This document shows, in pieces, positions 35,770-49,357 of a stretch of DNA of 64,000 bases; within the stretch, counting starts at the first letter, position 1; each line of letters begins with the position of its first letter. The stretch is taken from positions 1,984,001 through 2,048,000 of the forward strand of contig OZ218954.1 in the NCBI GenBank assembly GCA_965112735.1, in the 5' to 3' direction. Made by a program: the position numbers and the translations under genes. This DNA is from Phaeosaccion multiseriatum. Taxonomy: Eukaryota > Protista > Ochrophyta, other classes. Under the pieces are notes generated by a model. It searched no databases. It was given only the letters and a program-made list of their open reading frames with translations, and was not told where the DNA came from.

Positions 35770-36890
35770 CCAGGTGCGGCCACCGTCAATCTCGAGGATG
35801 ATCTCGTGCTCCATAAGGCCGGCGCGGGTGACTGGGAAGCCCTGCTCCACCTCAGATACGCTGATGCCGGCCGGGCCGCCTCCCCGCAAGCCGCGCTCTT
35901 CTTGGTCCAATCTCGTCGCACCCATGTTCTCCTGTGGCAGTGGGGGGGGCGACAAGCCGCAAGCCGCGGCGTGTGATCGCGAAATGAATCAGACCCTTGT
36001 ACGTCATCAACGCCGAGATGGCCGTAGCTCCTCCACCTTACCAATGCCGACGTAAGGTAGGAGGACTCGTCCATGGTGGGTGACCAGCGACGGAACTACC
36101 CGCGCAATCATGCCGGCGGGAATGCAGAGCCTGGGGCGGAGAAGAAGCACGTGTGCGGTCGCATCGCAATAGCAGGAGCAATAAGGTCAGAACGACGCAC
36201 TAACCCTTTCTTCATGGTAGTACTGCCGCACCCCTTGCTTGTCAACGCATGAGCGAGCAGCCAGCAGCCGTTGACTCTGGCTTGGGTAACTTGGTACCCA
36301 TGGAAGCAACAAGGATGGCCCACTCTCACCCGAGCCCGGATCCTCCTTCTCCTATCCTCATGGCCGCCATTGCCACGACACGGCCATCCAGGTCGACGAG
36401 GGGACTGCGGCAGAGGAGAGGAGCGAAACAAGGCAAAGCAAACAGAGGAGGTCATGTGGTTACGTTGAGAGTTCCGAGGAGAAGCATCACCTCCACCAAA
36501 ACAGGCGAAGTAACTTACCCTCCACCGCTGCTAGGGTGGGTTTCAGGCAGAGCTCTGAATGTACCGCGTGCGAGATGTGCAACGAGCCTGCTGACGGAGA
36601 AGTCTATGTAGCCCATTGGCTGCGATTGTCAAGGGCCAAGACGGGGTCACCGACGCGGACCGAGCTGCTCCCACAAGGCTTAGCGCCTTGAGGGACCGCT
36701 CGGGAGAGGTGGGTATCTAGCTGATTTACTACGAAGTAAAATAAACCATGGAGTGTCTGAGATGAGCACGAGAGCGACAACGGATGCAGGGATGGTAGGG
36801 ACCTGAACGATGGCAACACCCGTCTGCACATCCACGCCTGCCACTGTTCCCATGCGCTTCTCGCCTGTGGCCATCGCCACCCCCCCACTT
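35770..36890 (-). pseudogene. Decayed, intron-retaining Deg/HtrA serine protease (trypsin-like + PDZ) pseudogene
   Basis: Motifs in the correct order: ATGEKRMGTVAGVDVQTGVAIVQV; GSSSVRVGDPVLAL; (fs) IDFSVS; RYIQSSA* (fs) THPSSGG|GPLVDLDGRVVAM...GSGLG|LCIPAGMIARVVPSLVTHHGRVLLPYVGI|; PDZ GISVSEVEQGFPVTRAGLMEHEIILEIDG. Frameshifts and stops present; GNSGGP is corrupted. Confidence 0.8.
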
Positions 36891-37405
36891 CACCGTCCGA
36901 AGCGCCTGAGCGGGGCCACGCAAACAAAGTCGCATATCACTTACGCACTCATGATCTTTCCCTCGGCTCCCACATGTGACCTCGCCCTTGACAACGTGCT
37001 CGTGGTGACGCTGAGGCCGCATTTTTTTTTTTTTCACCCCCTCATGCCACTGGTTTTGGGGGGAACCACACTCAGGCAGTAAGTCAATTGTTCCGGGAGT
37101 GGCCTCCCCCCTCTTCCTCCCACTCTCGCCTAAGCTGCCCATCGCCTGCCAGACAGAGCACGACCGACCCCCAGTCGGAGTAGCAGTGGTAGAAGACAAG
37201 GCTTCTAATCGAGAGCGCTAAGCACTGAAGCCTCCTCCTTCGCTTGGAGTCAAGCAAGGCAGGACATGGATTCCCGCGCTAGCGCAGCGCCGCGCTCCAG
37301 CGAGGTTCAGATCCCCCCCCAGAGCAGGGCAGCAAGGCCCTATAAAGAGTCCTTTCGCAGTACTCTAAGTAACGGTGCGAGGAAACCAACCTGGCCACAT
37401 TAAAG

Positions 37406-38506
37406 ATGGACAGAGGGTTCTTTGACCCGCTCGTCCTAACGCTGGGGGCTTGCTGCGTGATGTCGCGAGCGTGGGAGCGTCTCGAGCTAGACGCAATGGC
37501 GAGCTGCGCCAAGAGAGCCTTGATGAAAGGATGGAGGAGCCTGTATACCATGCCGAACGAGGACTTGCCTCTCACTGCTCCAAACGCAGAGAAGAAGGAG
37601 GAGCATCCAGCCTTGGCGCTGGAGCACGTGTTAGAGAAGGTGATGGCCAATGTTGGGGCTGGGCATCACTTCTACGTCGCTACAGTGAGCAAGACTTTCA
37701 AGAGGATGTACACCGCCGCTCATCCCGACAGGAGGACATCGCCTCGCCATTGCTTATTCGGATCTGTGGAGTGCCTCAACTGGGCTCTAACGCTGGACGA
37801 CGTTGTGCCTCTCGAGATTAGAACGTTCGAAGTTGCAGCCGAGTATGCAGATGTGAGCATCTGCAAGGCTCTCTACCGCCACGGATGTCCGTGGGGTGCG
37901 AGAGTGTGTGCAGCAGCTGCCCGGAATGCCAAGCATGGCGTGAGCATTCTCGAATGGCTCCGCTTCAAGGACCTGCCTGACAAACTACAGTGTTCGTGGG
38001 ACGAAAGCGCTTGTGCACAAGCGGCATTATCGGGGAACGTTGGCACACTGATGTGGTTGCTGTCAGAAGAGGTGAGCGGCCCATTCAAGGGAACGGTATG
38101 GTTGAAAGCCGCGGAAGGCGGGCACATCATCGTCCTGGAGTTGCTTCTGCAGGACCCCAGGGTCAGACCTGAGTTAGACGCGGGGTCGGCACGCAGCGTG
38201 TGGCGGTGGGGGAGTAGGAGTGCTGCACGTGCGGACCAGTTGGAGGTGCTGCGTTGGCTGCATACCAACGCTCGTGACTTGTGCAGATGGGATAGTAAGG
38301 TTTGTGGGCTTGCTGTCATGCATGCCCAGAGCCTGCAGACCTTGCAATGGCTGCGATCCGAGAGCGTCATGTGTCCATGGGACAGGTTCTCCTGCCCGGA
38401 GGAACTGCTCAAGGAGCACATGTGGGATGCGGGGAAGAATGAGGCCTTTGAGGAGATCAAGCAGTGGGTGCACGCCAACGGCCACCCCTGCGACTGCGAG
38501 GACTGA
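37406..38506 (+). CDS. Intronless ankyrin-like repeat protein (CPW...CAAAA..G.L..L.WLR type, common in algae and giant viruses); start may be 37550
   Basis: F-box-like start (VGAGHHFYVATVSKTFKRMY) followed by repeats GCPWGARVCAAAA, CSWDESACAQAALSGNVGTLMWL, AAEGGHIIVLELL, QLEVLRWLH..CRWD, TLQWLR..CPWD. Confidence 0.8.
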   Translation: MDRGFFDPLVLTLGACCVMSRAWERLELDAMASCAKRALMKGWRSLYTMPNEDLPLTAPNAEKKEEHPALALEHVLEKVMANVGAGHHFYVATVSKTFKRMYTAAHPDRRTSPRHCLFGSVECLNWALTLDDVVPLEIRTFEVAAEYADVSICKALYRHGCPWGARVCAAAARNAKHGVSILEWLRFKDLPDKLQCSWDESACAQAALSGNVGTLMWLLSEEVSGPFKGTVWLKAAEGGHIIVLELLLQDPRVRPELDAGSARSVWRWGSRSAARADQLEVLRWLHTNARDLCRWDSKVCGLAVMHAQSLQTLQWLRSESVMCPWDRFSCPEELLKEHMWDAGKNEAFEEIKQWVHANGHPCDCED

Positions 38507-40207
38507 GCGTTTACTCTCCATTCGGCAGCACGCACCAGCAGCCACACTACAGCGCCGGCCGCCCAACAGGAAGCGGTCAGGAGTGGGTCAGGTCCACGTC
38601 ATGCCAGAAGAGCGGCTGGAGTAGCCGCGTTAGAGGCACCAAGAAGAGATGGCGCCTTGGAAGGCTCAAGAGGGACTTCGCAGGGCCGGGCATCCCGCCG
38701 CATTGCAAAAGTCGAGGGGGAAGGGCTCGCATCAAGCTTTACTCTTGTACTTTAGTGATCGAATGGAGGTTGAACGCGCAGCCGCTCGAGAGGCAGGGCT
38801 CTCGTCTCCCTAGCTCCGTGCCGTGTGAGACCGAAAGGAGCCATGCCCGCGGTGGTGGCACAGCCTACAAACAACAAACATTATTATTATTATAGAAGTA
38901 CCTAACACCGTTCGCAGTTAACTAACCCTAGCTCCCCATCTGCCTGTGGGCAGAGGATGCAGCTCTGCTCTACGATTGCACACACGTCTCTCAGTACCCC
39001 TCCCCGGCTGCCCCCCAACTCTTGTCACCGTAAAGGGGGGACTCTGCTTATGAGCTGGGCCCGGTGAGTTCGAGCCTGCCCCGACTTCACGCTCACCAAA
39101 TTGCAGGGCCTGCGCACCCCGTCCCTGGAAGAGAGTGCGCTTGCCAGGCGCGCCTGCCACAACATTCGGTCCAACATCTCGCGGGCGCTCTCGATTCTCT
39201 GTGCCCTGTCGAGATGCTCGCCCACCGCGAAAAGTTGCTGCTGGAGGTCTTGAAATATCCCCGCGTTGTTGTCGCTCGCGGCGAGGGAACAAGGCCAAGC
39301 GACCGCAAATCTCGGAGGTGGAAGTGTTGAAGAGTGCTCCCAATGCATCCGCGCTGACGTTGTCGGGCCAACTTGAGCGGCGATGAGCCTCTGTATGTTG
39401 CAGAGCACCTCGTGTCTACGGAGGCTGTGGAGCGCCGAAGGAAAGAGCACAAGAGGGGCGACGACGCGGCAAGTCAGTCGTCCAGGCAGATTCTCAGTGC
39501 ATGCGGCTGCTGTTGCAGGATCGGGGGGAGCGGGTACGCAGGCAAGCTCTTTCCTCTAAGAAGGTTTCGTATGCCTTTTGTTGCTTGCCTGTCCGCCTCT
39601 AAGGCTAGCAGAGCGTCTGGACCCCAGAGAAAGGATGTTGATCGAGCGGCTCTTGTTCGTGCTGCTCTTGCTAGTACCGCAACTCCCACACCAAGCGCCA
39701 GGATAATAGCCGCTCCGGAAGGCATGATGGCGTCCGCGGGGGGTCTGAGTACGGCAAGAAGCACGGAGAGAAGCGCAGCGGCCAGGCAGGCACAGTAGCA
39801 GCACCCCGCGAGTCTAAAGTGCGCGCGCTACGAGTGTAGCAGCTGTGTGAGGTATGCCAGAAGCGTTTGTTTGGAGACTTCAGTTCGCGTCAGGCCTCCT
39901 CGGCATGAACAAAAGAGAGGCTAGTAGACACAAATGGCGACGGAGTTCCCGCCAATTCCCCCTTTGCACACTCACAATTTCACTTTCCTATGAAGTCAAT
40001 AAAGTGTTTCCCCTTTGGCTTGAGAGAGCTGTTGAGGGAGTTTTTTTTATTATATTTTGCGTACTGTAGTAGTTAATTAAAGTGCTTACTGGACCAGCTG
40101 ATCTGGTGTATTGTAATTAAACAAAAACGAGAAACCTAAGACATTAAGGAAAAAAGTTGTGTATGTGTCGCGCCAGTGTGATTCCTTCCTTCCCCCCCAT
40201 CCGCCCT

Positions 40208-40427
40208 TCACCTCGTCTCGTGCCTGATGTGGGAGATGGCGTACCAGAAGAGGACTCGGGCCATCGCAATGAAGCCGAATAGGACAAAGATGTCGTAGAC
40301 CCGGTGGCTGAGGGACCAGCTACCAAAGAAGTCTTTCGACCTGTCGGCGATGGTCACCTGCTGGCCCGACACGGTGCTAATCATGTCGGTGTTATCGAAG
40401 AATTGGGTAACTGGGGGCCCAAGAGGG

Positions 40428-40477
<50 letters not shown>

Positions 40478-42649
40478 TGAGACAGCGAGAGAGTAGAACA
40501 GGGGGGGGGATGCGTAGAGAAAGAGAGGGACGGAGGGCAACGAAGGAATGAAGACAGATGGGGTGGGCTGCAATTCAAGACAGCAGCCCCAGCAGCAGTC
40601 CCATTTATATCTACCCAGTCCGCCTTGACGCACCAACGTACGTACGTACCAATCATTCCCTCATACGCGTAGTGTTGGGGGTCCAGCCAATATGCCCAAA
40701 TCCAATAGCTTGGGATGAGCGAGGGGCCGATGAGGAAGCCCGCAAAGAGGGACATGACGCTGACGACATTGGAGTTGACCTGCTGGGTCATCTCGGCAGA
40801 AGATATGGCCACCGTGAAGACCGTTCCCAGACTGGTGAAGAGGAAGATGTAGAGCGTAAAGTAGCCCCAAAAGTAGAAGAATTTTGTGGCTGTTGGTGTG
40901 TATGTGTGGTTTGTGTGAGTGTATGTGTGCGTGTGTGTGTGGTGTGTGCGCGAGTGTTTGCGTGTGGGGTGTGTGTGTTTGAATGTATATATTGGGAAGG
41001 GTGGACAGACAGGGAAGGAAGGAAGGAAGGTGGTATAAGCGGAAGGAAAGGTACGGCACTACCGTAGTGTGCGCGTTTGTGTGCTTAGCGCTGCGGTGAG
41101 TCCAGACCGGCACGCGACAGAGACCTATTCAAAGTGAATGGAAGGAAGCAAGCAAGCAAGGAAGGAAGGAAGGAAGCAAGGAAGGAAGGAACAAAGGAAG
41201 GAAGGAAGGAAGGAAGGAAGCAAGCAACGAAGGCACCCCCCGGCAGCTCGGGCAAAAAGACCAAAGGAACATCGACTGACAACACCCATATGCGGCCGTC
41301 AATGAAAGGGTGTGGCAGGGGCCTTCGCTACTCACCGTCCGGCTCAAATCCGCTCAGAAAGTAGAAGATGGAGCAGTACACAAGGGTAGTCACGCTCAGG
41401 AAGGGCAACTCCACAATACCATACGTGGCTGCCCAAGGGAGCGCAGCGTAGGTGCTGGCGGCGCTCTCTCGGTAATAGACGGCACGTTCGGCGGTGAAGA
41501 AGGGCACGGTTTGCTGACTGAAAATAACGCTCATGAAAATGAGGGACACAAAGATGAGGCCGAAGCGGCTCACCAGCTCCTGTTCACAGGGTTTGCGTGA
41601 ATGTACAACATGTGTACATCAAAGAAGGAAGAGGGAGAGTGGGTGAGATGGAGAAGTGATGTGTTGAAGGGACACGGGTAGCGGCGGCAAGAGGGAGGAG
41701 GGAGGGGCAGGAGGTGAAGGAGAGGGCGAGGGACAGAGATGAGAGAATGAGCCGAGAGAGAGGGTGAGAGTGAGTGCATGAGTGCGTCAGTGCATGACGT
41801 GTTTATGAGAGAGGGAGTGAGCGAGTGAGCGAGTGAGAGCAAGTTCGTGAGAGAAAGGGGGAGGTGGGAGAGAGACAAGAGAGCGCAGGGGAGAGGGAGC
41901 GAAACGTTGTCCTCAGCAAAGATCATTCAAAAAGAGCGACGGGCAGGGAAAAGACCAATTCACAGCCGTCCCCGCCAGAGATGAAAGGAGGGAGGTGGGG
42001 GCAAGGGAGGACACGAGCAAGCAGGTACAGAAGGCAGACTGCAAGGCAGCGAGGCAGCAAAGAGCAGCACCCGAGGCAGTCCAGTCAAGGGCGATCCGCC
42101 ATATACTTCAGAGCTTTGTTGTCCACCGCCGCCCCTATTCTTAACAGCCTCCTTTCTCCTCTCTCCCTCTCACTCTCCCTCTCTTCCCCTCTCTCTCCCC
42201 CTCTCTCTTCCCCTCTCTCCCTCTCTCTTCGCCTCTCTCTCCCTCTCTCTCTCACTCTCTCTCTCCCTCTCTTCCTCTCTCTCCCCCTCTCTCTTCCCCT
42301 CTCTCCCTCTCTCTTCGCCTCTCTCTCCCTCTCTCTCTCACTCTCTCTCACCGTCTCTGTGTCTACGCTCTTGCCGATGTAATTGCTTCCATACACGAAC
42401 GCCACGATGATGCCCACGAACATGCGAGTCCCCGTGTACTGTGCGTGCGTTTTGTGTGTTTGCGGGGGTGTGTGTACGTGAGTGTGTGTGTACGTGAGTG
42501 TGTGTGTACGTGAGTGTGTGTGTACGTGAGTGTGTGTGTACGTGAGTGTGTGTGTACGTGTGCATCATGAGAAATACATATCACATGATGCTTCAATCTC
42601 TCCCTCCCCCTCCCCTATGTTCTGTCGCGCTCTCTCTCCCCTGAGCAAC

Positions 42650-42703
<54 letters not shown>

Positions 42704-45229
42704 GCAGCAGCAGCAGCAGACCAACCAACCAACCAACCAACCAACCAACCTGAGGCGCCCGCCAAAACTGCTTCAGCGCTCGCATAAAGAGCCTTTGCGT
42801 CTGCGGCCACAGGGGCTGAGCAAAGCGGCCCCCAGACACCGTCACCGGCTCCGTGCCGGGCTCTGCACGGCAGTGCTTACTCAGCTCAATCCCATTAGCC
42901 TTGCAGAGGTCGCTCTCTTCGTAGGCGGCGGCGTAGATGGCAGTGTCCACCTTCCCACTGGTGCCAGCACCGATACACTCGAGCATCCAGGTGGCCGGGT
43001 TGGCGTTACATTTGATGGGGGGGCTCTGAGGAATGGCACTGAGGTAGGAGATGAGGCTGGAGCTGCGATGGCCGAGGGGACCGAAGAAGACAGTCTGGCC
43101 TCCCTTCTTGAGCAGCAGCAGGCTTGTCGTTCAAAGGAAGTACAACCAGGGAGGTAGAGGGGGGGGGGCGGGGAGGAGGGGGAGGGGAGGGGTGAAGGCG
43201 GGAGGGGAGAGGAGAGGAGGAGCGGGGAGGGGAGAGGGCGGTTGCGGAGCAGCAGCGGTGCGGCTAAGCGCTTCGAACACCACAACAGGCCGGGAGGAAG
43301 GATTGCTGACATGCAGGGAGGGGAGGCGCCTGTCCATCTACAGGCAGTACAGGTGTATGCTCCTGACTCGTAGGGAGGGACACAACTCACTCACTCACTC
43401 ACTCACTCACTCACTCACTCATTCACCCACTCACCCACTCACTTACTCCCTCAAAATCCTCCACTCCCCGACCCATCCAGCCACTCAATCACTCATTTAC
43501 TCCCTCCCTCACTCGCTCACTCTTTCCACCCTCTCGCTCACTTACTCGCTCAACCCATCACTCCACCACCCATCCAGCCACTCAATCACTCACTTACTCC
43601 CTCAGTCATTCACTCACCCGCCTACCCACCCACACACACACATACGCAGACACGCACTCCTCCACTCACTCACTCACTCACTCACTCACTCACCCATTCA
43701 CTCCCTCACTCCCTCACTCACTCACTACACCCCTCCCTCACCCAACTCCCTCACCTGTCGAACATCTCAAAGAGGTATGTGGAAGGCTGATGGATGGTGC
43801 AGATGACAGTGCGCCCTGTGGATGCGACCTTCTTGATGGCCTTCATAACCACCTTCAAACACAAGCATATGGGCACAGGCATACGGGCACAGGCAGAGAG
43901 ATGAGATGGGGCTTAGGCGCGGGGCACTCCATTGTCGAAAGGCGCCAACAACCGAAGGGCGGTATGTCATGGTCTCGCGGTGTGCAGCGGGTGGTGATAT
44001 GGTGTCGCCAGCTGCATGCAGTCTCTACTCACTTCTCATGAGAGAGACTGACTTAAAAGGACCAAAGGCATGCGCATGCAAGTACAGTAGGCAGGAGGTG
44101 AGGTGGTGAAGTGCGGGAGTGAGTGGTAAGGACCTACCTGGGCAGCTCTGGCGTCAAGTCCACTGGTTGGTTCGTCGAGGAATAAAAGCGCGGGGTTGGC
44201 TGCGAGTTCGACACCGATGGTCAGGCGCTTGGCTTGCTCCACCTAACGGGTGATGGGGTGATGCATCGGGATGGATGGATGGATGGATGGGTGGATGGAT
44301 GGATGGATGGATGGATGGATCGATGGATGGATGGATGGATGGATGGATGGATGGATGGATCGATGGATGGATCGACGGATGGATGGATGGATGGATCGAT
44401 GGATGGATGGATGGATGGATGGTGAGGGGGGGTCAGACAAGGCGGAGAGGGAAGAGAGGGTGGGAGGGGGGTGAGAGAGGGGTGCAAGAGAGGGATGGAA
44501 GTCAGGAGGAAAGGAGCGAAAGACCGAATGTGTGGGTGAGAGGGAGAGAGAAAGGCAGAGGGAGAGAGTAGAGAGAGAGAGGGGGAGAGGTGAGAGGGAG
44601 AGAGAGAAGAGAGAGAGAAAGAGAGGGGGGGGCAGAGGAAGGGAGTGAGAGAGAGAAGGGGGGAAGATGGAGAGAGAGAAGAGAGAGAAAGAGAGGGGGG
44701 GGGCAGAGGAAGGGAGTGAGAGAGAGAGAAGGGGGGAAGAGGGAGAGAGAGAAGAGAGAGAAAGAGAGGGGGGGGGCAGAGGAAGGGAGTGAGAGAGAGA
44801 AGGGGGGAAGATGGAGAGAGAGAAGAGAGAGAAAGAGAGGGGGGGGGCAGAGGAAGGGAGTGAGAGAGAGAGAAGGGGGGGAGATGGAGAGAGAGAAGAG
44901 AGAGAAAGAGAGGGGGGGGGCAGAGGAAGGGAGTGAGAGAGAGAGAAGGGGGGAAGAGGGAGAGAGAAAAGAGAGAGAGAAAGAGAGGGGGGGGGCAGAG
45001 GAAGGGAGTGAGAGAGAGAGAAGGGGGGAAGAGGGAGAGAGAGACACTAGGGATACTGAGAGGGGAGGGAGAGGGCGGCACCACCCGAAGTATGCCAGTG
45101 ATGTATGCCAGTGATGTATGCCTATTGTCTACCTGCAGAGAGAGCCCTCCCTGCCCCGGCGACCCCGCCAAGCGATGGCGGATGGGCTCAAGCTCGAGCA
45201 TGGAGATCACCTGCAGCGGAGAGACACGC

Positions 45230-45268
<39 letters not shown>

Positions 45269-45290
45269 AACAAAACACACACACACAAAC

Positions 45291-45338
<48 letters not shown>

Positions 45339-47307
45339 AACAAAACACACACACACATACATACGGAGAGATGGCAAACACGGGGGCATGTATGAGTCAA
45401 AATGCAGGCAGCAAGCACACCGGAGGAAGCAATGCCAGGGCCACACCACCTCAGGTGCCCGTCACCCCAGGTGCCCGTGCAAAACTCTACAGTACAGCAC
45501 AGCACCAGCCAATCTAGAGTACAGCACAGCACCAGCCAATCTACAGTACAGCACAGCACCAGCCAATCTAGAGTACAGCACCAGCCAATCTACAGTACAG
45601 CACAGCACCAGCCAATCTAGAGTACAGCACAGCACCAGCCAATCTACAGCACAGCACCAGCCAATCTACAGTACAGCACAGAACAGCCAATCTAGAGTAC
45701 AGCACAGCACCAGCCAATCTACAGTACAGCACAGCACCAGCCAATCTAGAGTACAGCACAGCACCAGCCAATCTACAGTACAGCACAGCACCAGCCAATC
45801 TACAGTACAGCCGGAGCTGGAGCCGGAGCTCGACTTGAGGGCTTCGCAACAACATGAGCGTCGGTGTTTACGTGTGTGTGTGTTCTTGCGTGCGTGCGAG
45901 CGTGCGTGTGTGCGTGCGTGCATGAGCACGAAATCTCTCATACAAGAAGATGGTAAGACGAAAACGCGCCCCGCCCCACCTACCCCTTACCACTCCCACT
46001 CACTGACGTAGGACTTACCTCGTCGACCCACTTCTTGCGGTCCTCCCGGGACACGCCCGAGTCAAGCCTCAGGGCCGCCGAGAAGGCGATGGCCTCGTAC
46101 ACACTCACCTAAGGCGTTAAGAGTACGTAATTAGTTATGTAAGAGGAGGAGAGGGGGTGGGGGGGGGGGTGGGGGGGCGGGAGAAACAACGAAATGCTGT
46201 CAGGTGCCATCAGATGCCATCAGATGAGATGCCATCAGATGCCTTCGGAGCCAGAGGGGGGGTCACTTTTGTATACTTTGTGTGAGGCGAGGGAGAGATG
46301 CGATGTAGCTCTAGAAAACACAAACTCACACTCTGTCTTCTCTCTCCTCTCCCCCTCTGCCTGCCCAAGCCCCTCTTTCCCTCTTGTTTGTCAATCCATT
46401 TACCCATCAATCTATTTCTGTGCTGGTACAGCTCTGCTGACCTTGGGGGAGTGAGCGTCCATTTGCTCGACATATCCGCTGAGCCTGTTGAACGTCTCTT
46501 GCACTTTGGGGAAGCCGTTGAGGAGGATGGTGCCCGTGATCTCACCCCCCGTCTTGCGCCCAGCGATAACGTCCAAAAGGGTCGTTTTCCCTTCGGAGAG
46601 AGAGAGAGGAGAGAGAGACGGGGGGGGGGGGGCGGGGGAGACAGAGGGAGAGGGAGACAGAGCGAGAGGGGGAGAGGGAGAGAGGGAGACAAAGAGAGAG
46701 ATAGGCAAAGAGAGACCAGGGAGAGAGATTCCGAAAGGTTACATGAGCACTGTGACCACAGAACGTATACAGTCTCCTCCCGCCCCACACAAGGTCTCTG
46801 CTCCTGCCTTTCACAGGCTCCCCTAGCGCGCTCTCCTTCCCCTCTCCGCTTCCCTCCCTCCCTCCCGTTCACAGGAGGATGGCGGTCTGACTGTCTCCCT
46901 GCCTGCCCATATGCCTGCCCATGTGCCTGCCTGCCCGTATGCCTGCCTGCCCATCACCTGCTCCGGAGCTTCCCATGAGGGCCGTCATGGTGCCGGGCAG
47001 GAAATATCCGCTCACCCCCTGCAGCAGGTCGAGGCGACCGTCGCTGTCGTTGGGGTGCGGCACTGAGTACCTGAGGGAGCGAGGGAGCGAGGGAAGGGGG
47101 GGGGGGGGGGGCTCACTGAGTGGTCCTGCATTGTCGATGAGACTCAACGCACTCACGCCCAGCCGGCTAAGAGGGCTGAGAACTGGGCTTACCCTTACCA
47201 CAAGTCAGTGAAGGCCAGGGTGACCGGGGTGAAGTCCAGCGACGACTCCTTCGGCTTTGAGCTCAGCGACCTAATCATCGTCTTCGCTCAACGCCAGGGA
47301 GAGCAAG

Positions 47308-47338
<31 letters not shown>

Positions 47339-49321
47339 CGAGCCGAGGGCCCGCAGGGCAGGGGAAGGGAAGGGAAGGGAAGGGAAATGTGAGAAGGAGA
47401 AAGGAAGGACCGAAGGGGGAGGAGCGGCAGTGATCTCTCTCTCTCTCGTCAACACACATCTTGGAGGGGAAACAGGGTGGGGCCTGCGGCCAAGGTGCGG
47501 GACAAGAGGTGGGGGAGAGGCCCCTACACTTGCTCTACACCTGCTCTACACGTGCTTTACACTTGCTCTACACTTAGCTCTACACATGCTCTGCACTTGC
47601 TCTACGCTTGCTCTACTTATGCTCTACACTTGCTCTATACATGCTCTGCACTTGCTCTACCCATGCTCTACCTTTGCTCTACACTTCGTCCCAAACGACA
47701 CACGGCACATGATGAACAGCCCCCCCCTGTCTGTCTGTCGGCCGGAGTTTCCTCCTCCTTCTCCTCCTGCTCCTCCTCCCCTCCTCCTCCTGTCTCTTTG
47801 TACTACCCAACCAAAGCCCCCCCCAACCCCTCCACAACAAGAACCACAACCATAGCACAGCAGCAGCAGGAGCAGTTGGTGATACACCAGCAGGAGCAGG
47901 AGCAGCAGTTGGTGATACATACAGCAGCAGCAGCAGCCTCACCTTATACCTCAGGTCATCCGCAGCGCTGTCATCCCCACCCCCCTCGCGCTGCCCCCCG
48001 TCCCCCTCGGGCTCGAAGCGCACAACCTGAAAGGCGATACAGGTCAAGACAATAAAGACCAGCCAAACGGCAATGATGTAGGCAATGGCCAAGTATATCC
48101 ACTTGGTGTCCGTGAAGAAGCCGTACCCCTCGAGGATGCTGACGGTGTAACTGCCCGCCAGGCAAGGGTCTTGTCCTTCCACAGCACAGGCCTTTTGGAG
48201 GAGGGGGAGGGGGGGGGGGTATGGGGGGCTTGGGGGTCAAATGCTGCACTCCACTTCATCAGAGCATCAGCTCATGCCACCCCAAAGAGCACGCACACAC
48301 AATGGCAGTAGCACGACTCTCGGGCCAGCCATTACCCCGGTGGGCCCATTACCCCGGTGGGCCCATTACCCCAGTGGGGGGGCTCTAGTTAAAGTGAAAC
48401 TGAACACCTCACATCTTTGAATTTGTCTGCGGTGAGCTCGTTGATGGCGAGGGCGCGGAAGGCCCAGCTGACGGGAGTGAACCAGTACATCTACAGGTAC
48501 ATAGGCAGGATACAGGCATACCGGCATATGGAGGTATATAGGGATACAAGGGGCAGACATGTGTAGTTGGAGAGGCAGCGAGGCAGCAAGGGCGGTACAT
48601 GGAGCGTAACGGGTCAATGCAATGGAGCGTAACGGTTAAAGCACTGGAGCGCAACGGGTTCAGGAAGCAAGGGCGGTACATGGAGCGTAACGGGTTAATA
48701 CAATGGAGCATAACGGTTAAAACATTGGACTGCAACAACGGTTTAACTACTTGTAGGCTGTGGCATGTACCAAAAGCAATTGTGAGCGGAAAGGAGGCAG
48801 AGAAGGGAATCCAGTGAAACCACACACACAACAATACAAAACAGCGACCACAACAGGCCACACCTACACAGGTACACACACACAAACACACAGACACACT
48901 CACACACACACGCATACACACACATTCACACACACACACACACATTCACACACACACACACACAACTCACGCACACACACAGACACACACAGTCATGTAT
49001 ACACACACAGACACACTCACACACACACACGCATACACATAAACACACTCACGCACACACACACACACACAGTCATGCACACACACAGACATACACACTC
49101 ACCCACAGATACACTCACATACACATACACACTCACGCATACCCACACTTTACACACACTCACTAAGGCACGCACACACACACGTACCCAAATCCAGAAG
49201 GGGGGTATATCTGTCCTGGCGATCAGGAAGCCGCAGTACGTGATGTTGAGCATTGTGAAGATCCCCGCCATGCCCTGTGCCCGGTCGAAGTCCGGCCCGA
49301 CCGCTGCCAGCAGGCGGTAGG

Positions 49322-49357
<36 letters not shown>

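Noticed and set aside
39050-39090. B-box-like GTTCGAGCC suggesting a tRNA or SINE
   Set aside because: No cloverleaf stems or A-box could be built.
39025-39764. Minus-strand ORF pair as a gene
   Set aside because: Interrupted by a stop and frame change, with no recognisable domain. At most a decayed fragment.
45487-45810. Regular 27-bp array as a CRISPR or a repeat-protein ORF (45118-46011)
   Set aside because: Head-to-tail minisatellite without spacers, inside an ABCG intron on the opposite strand.
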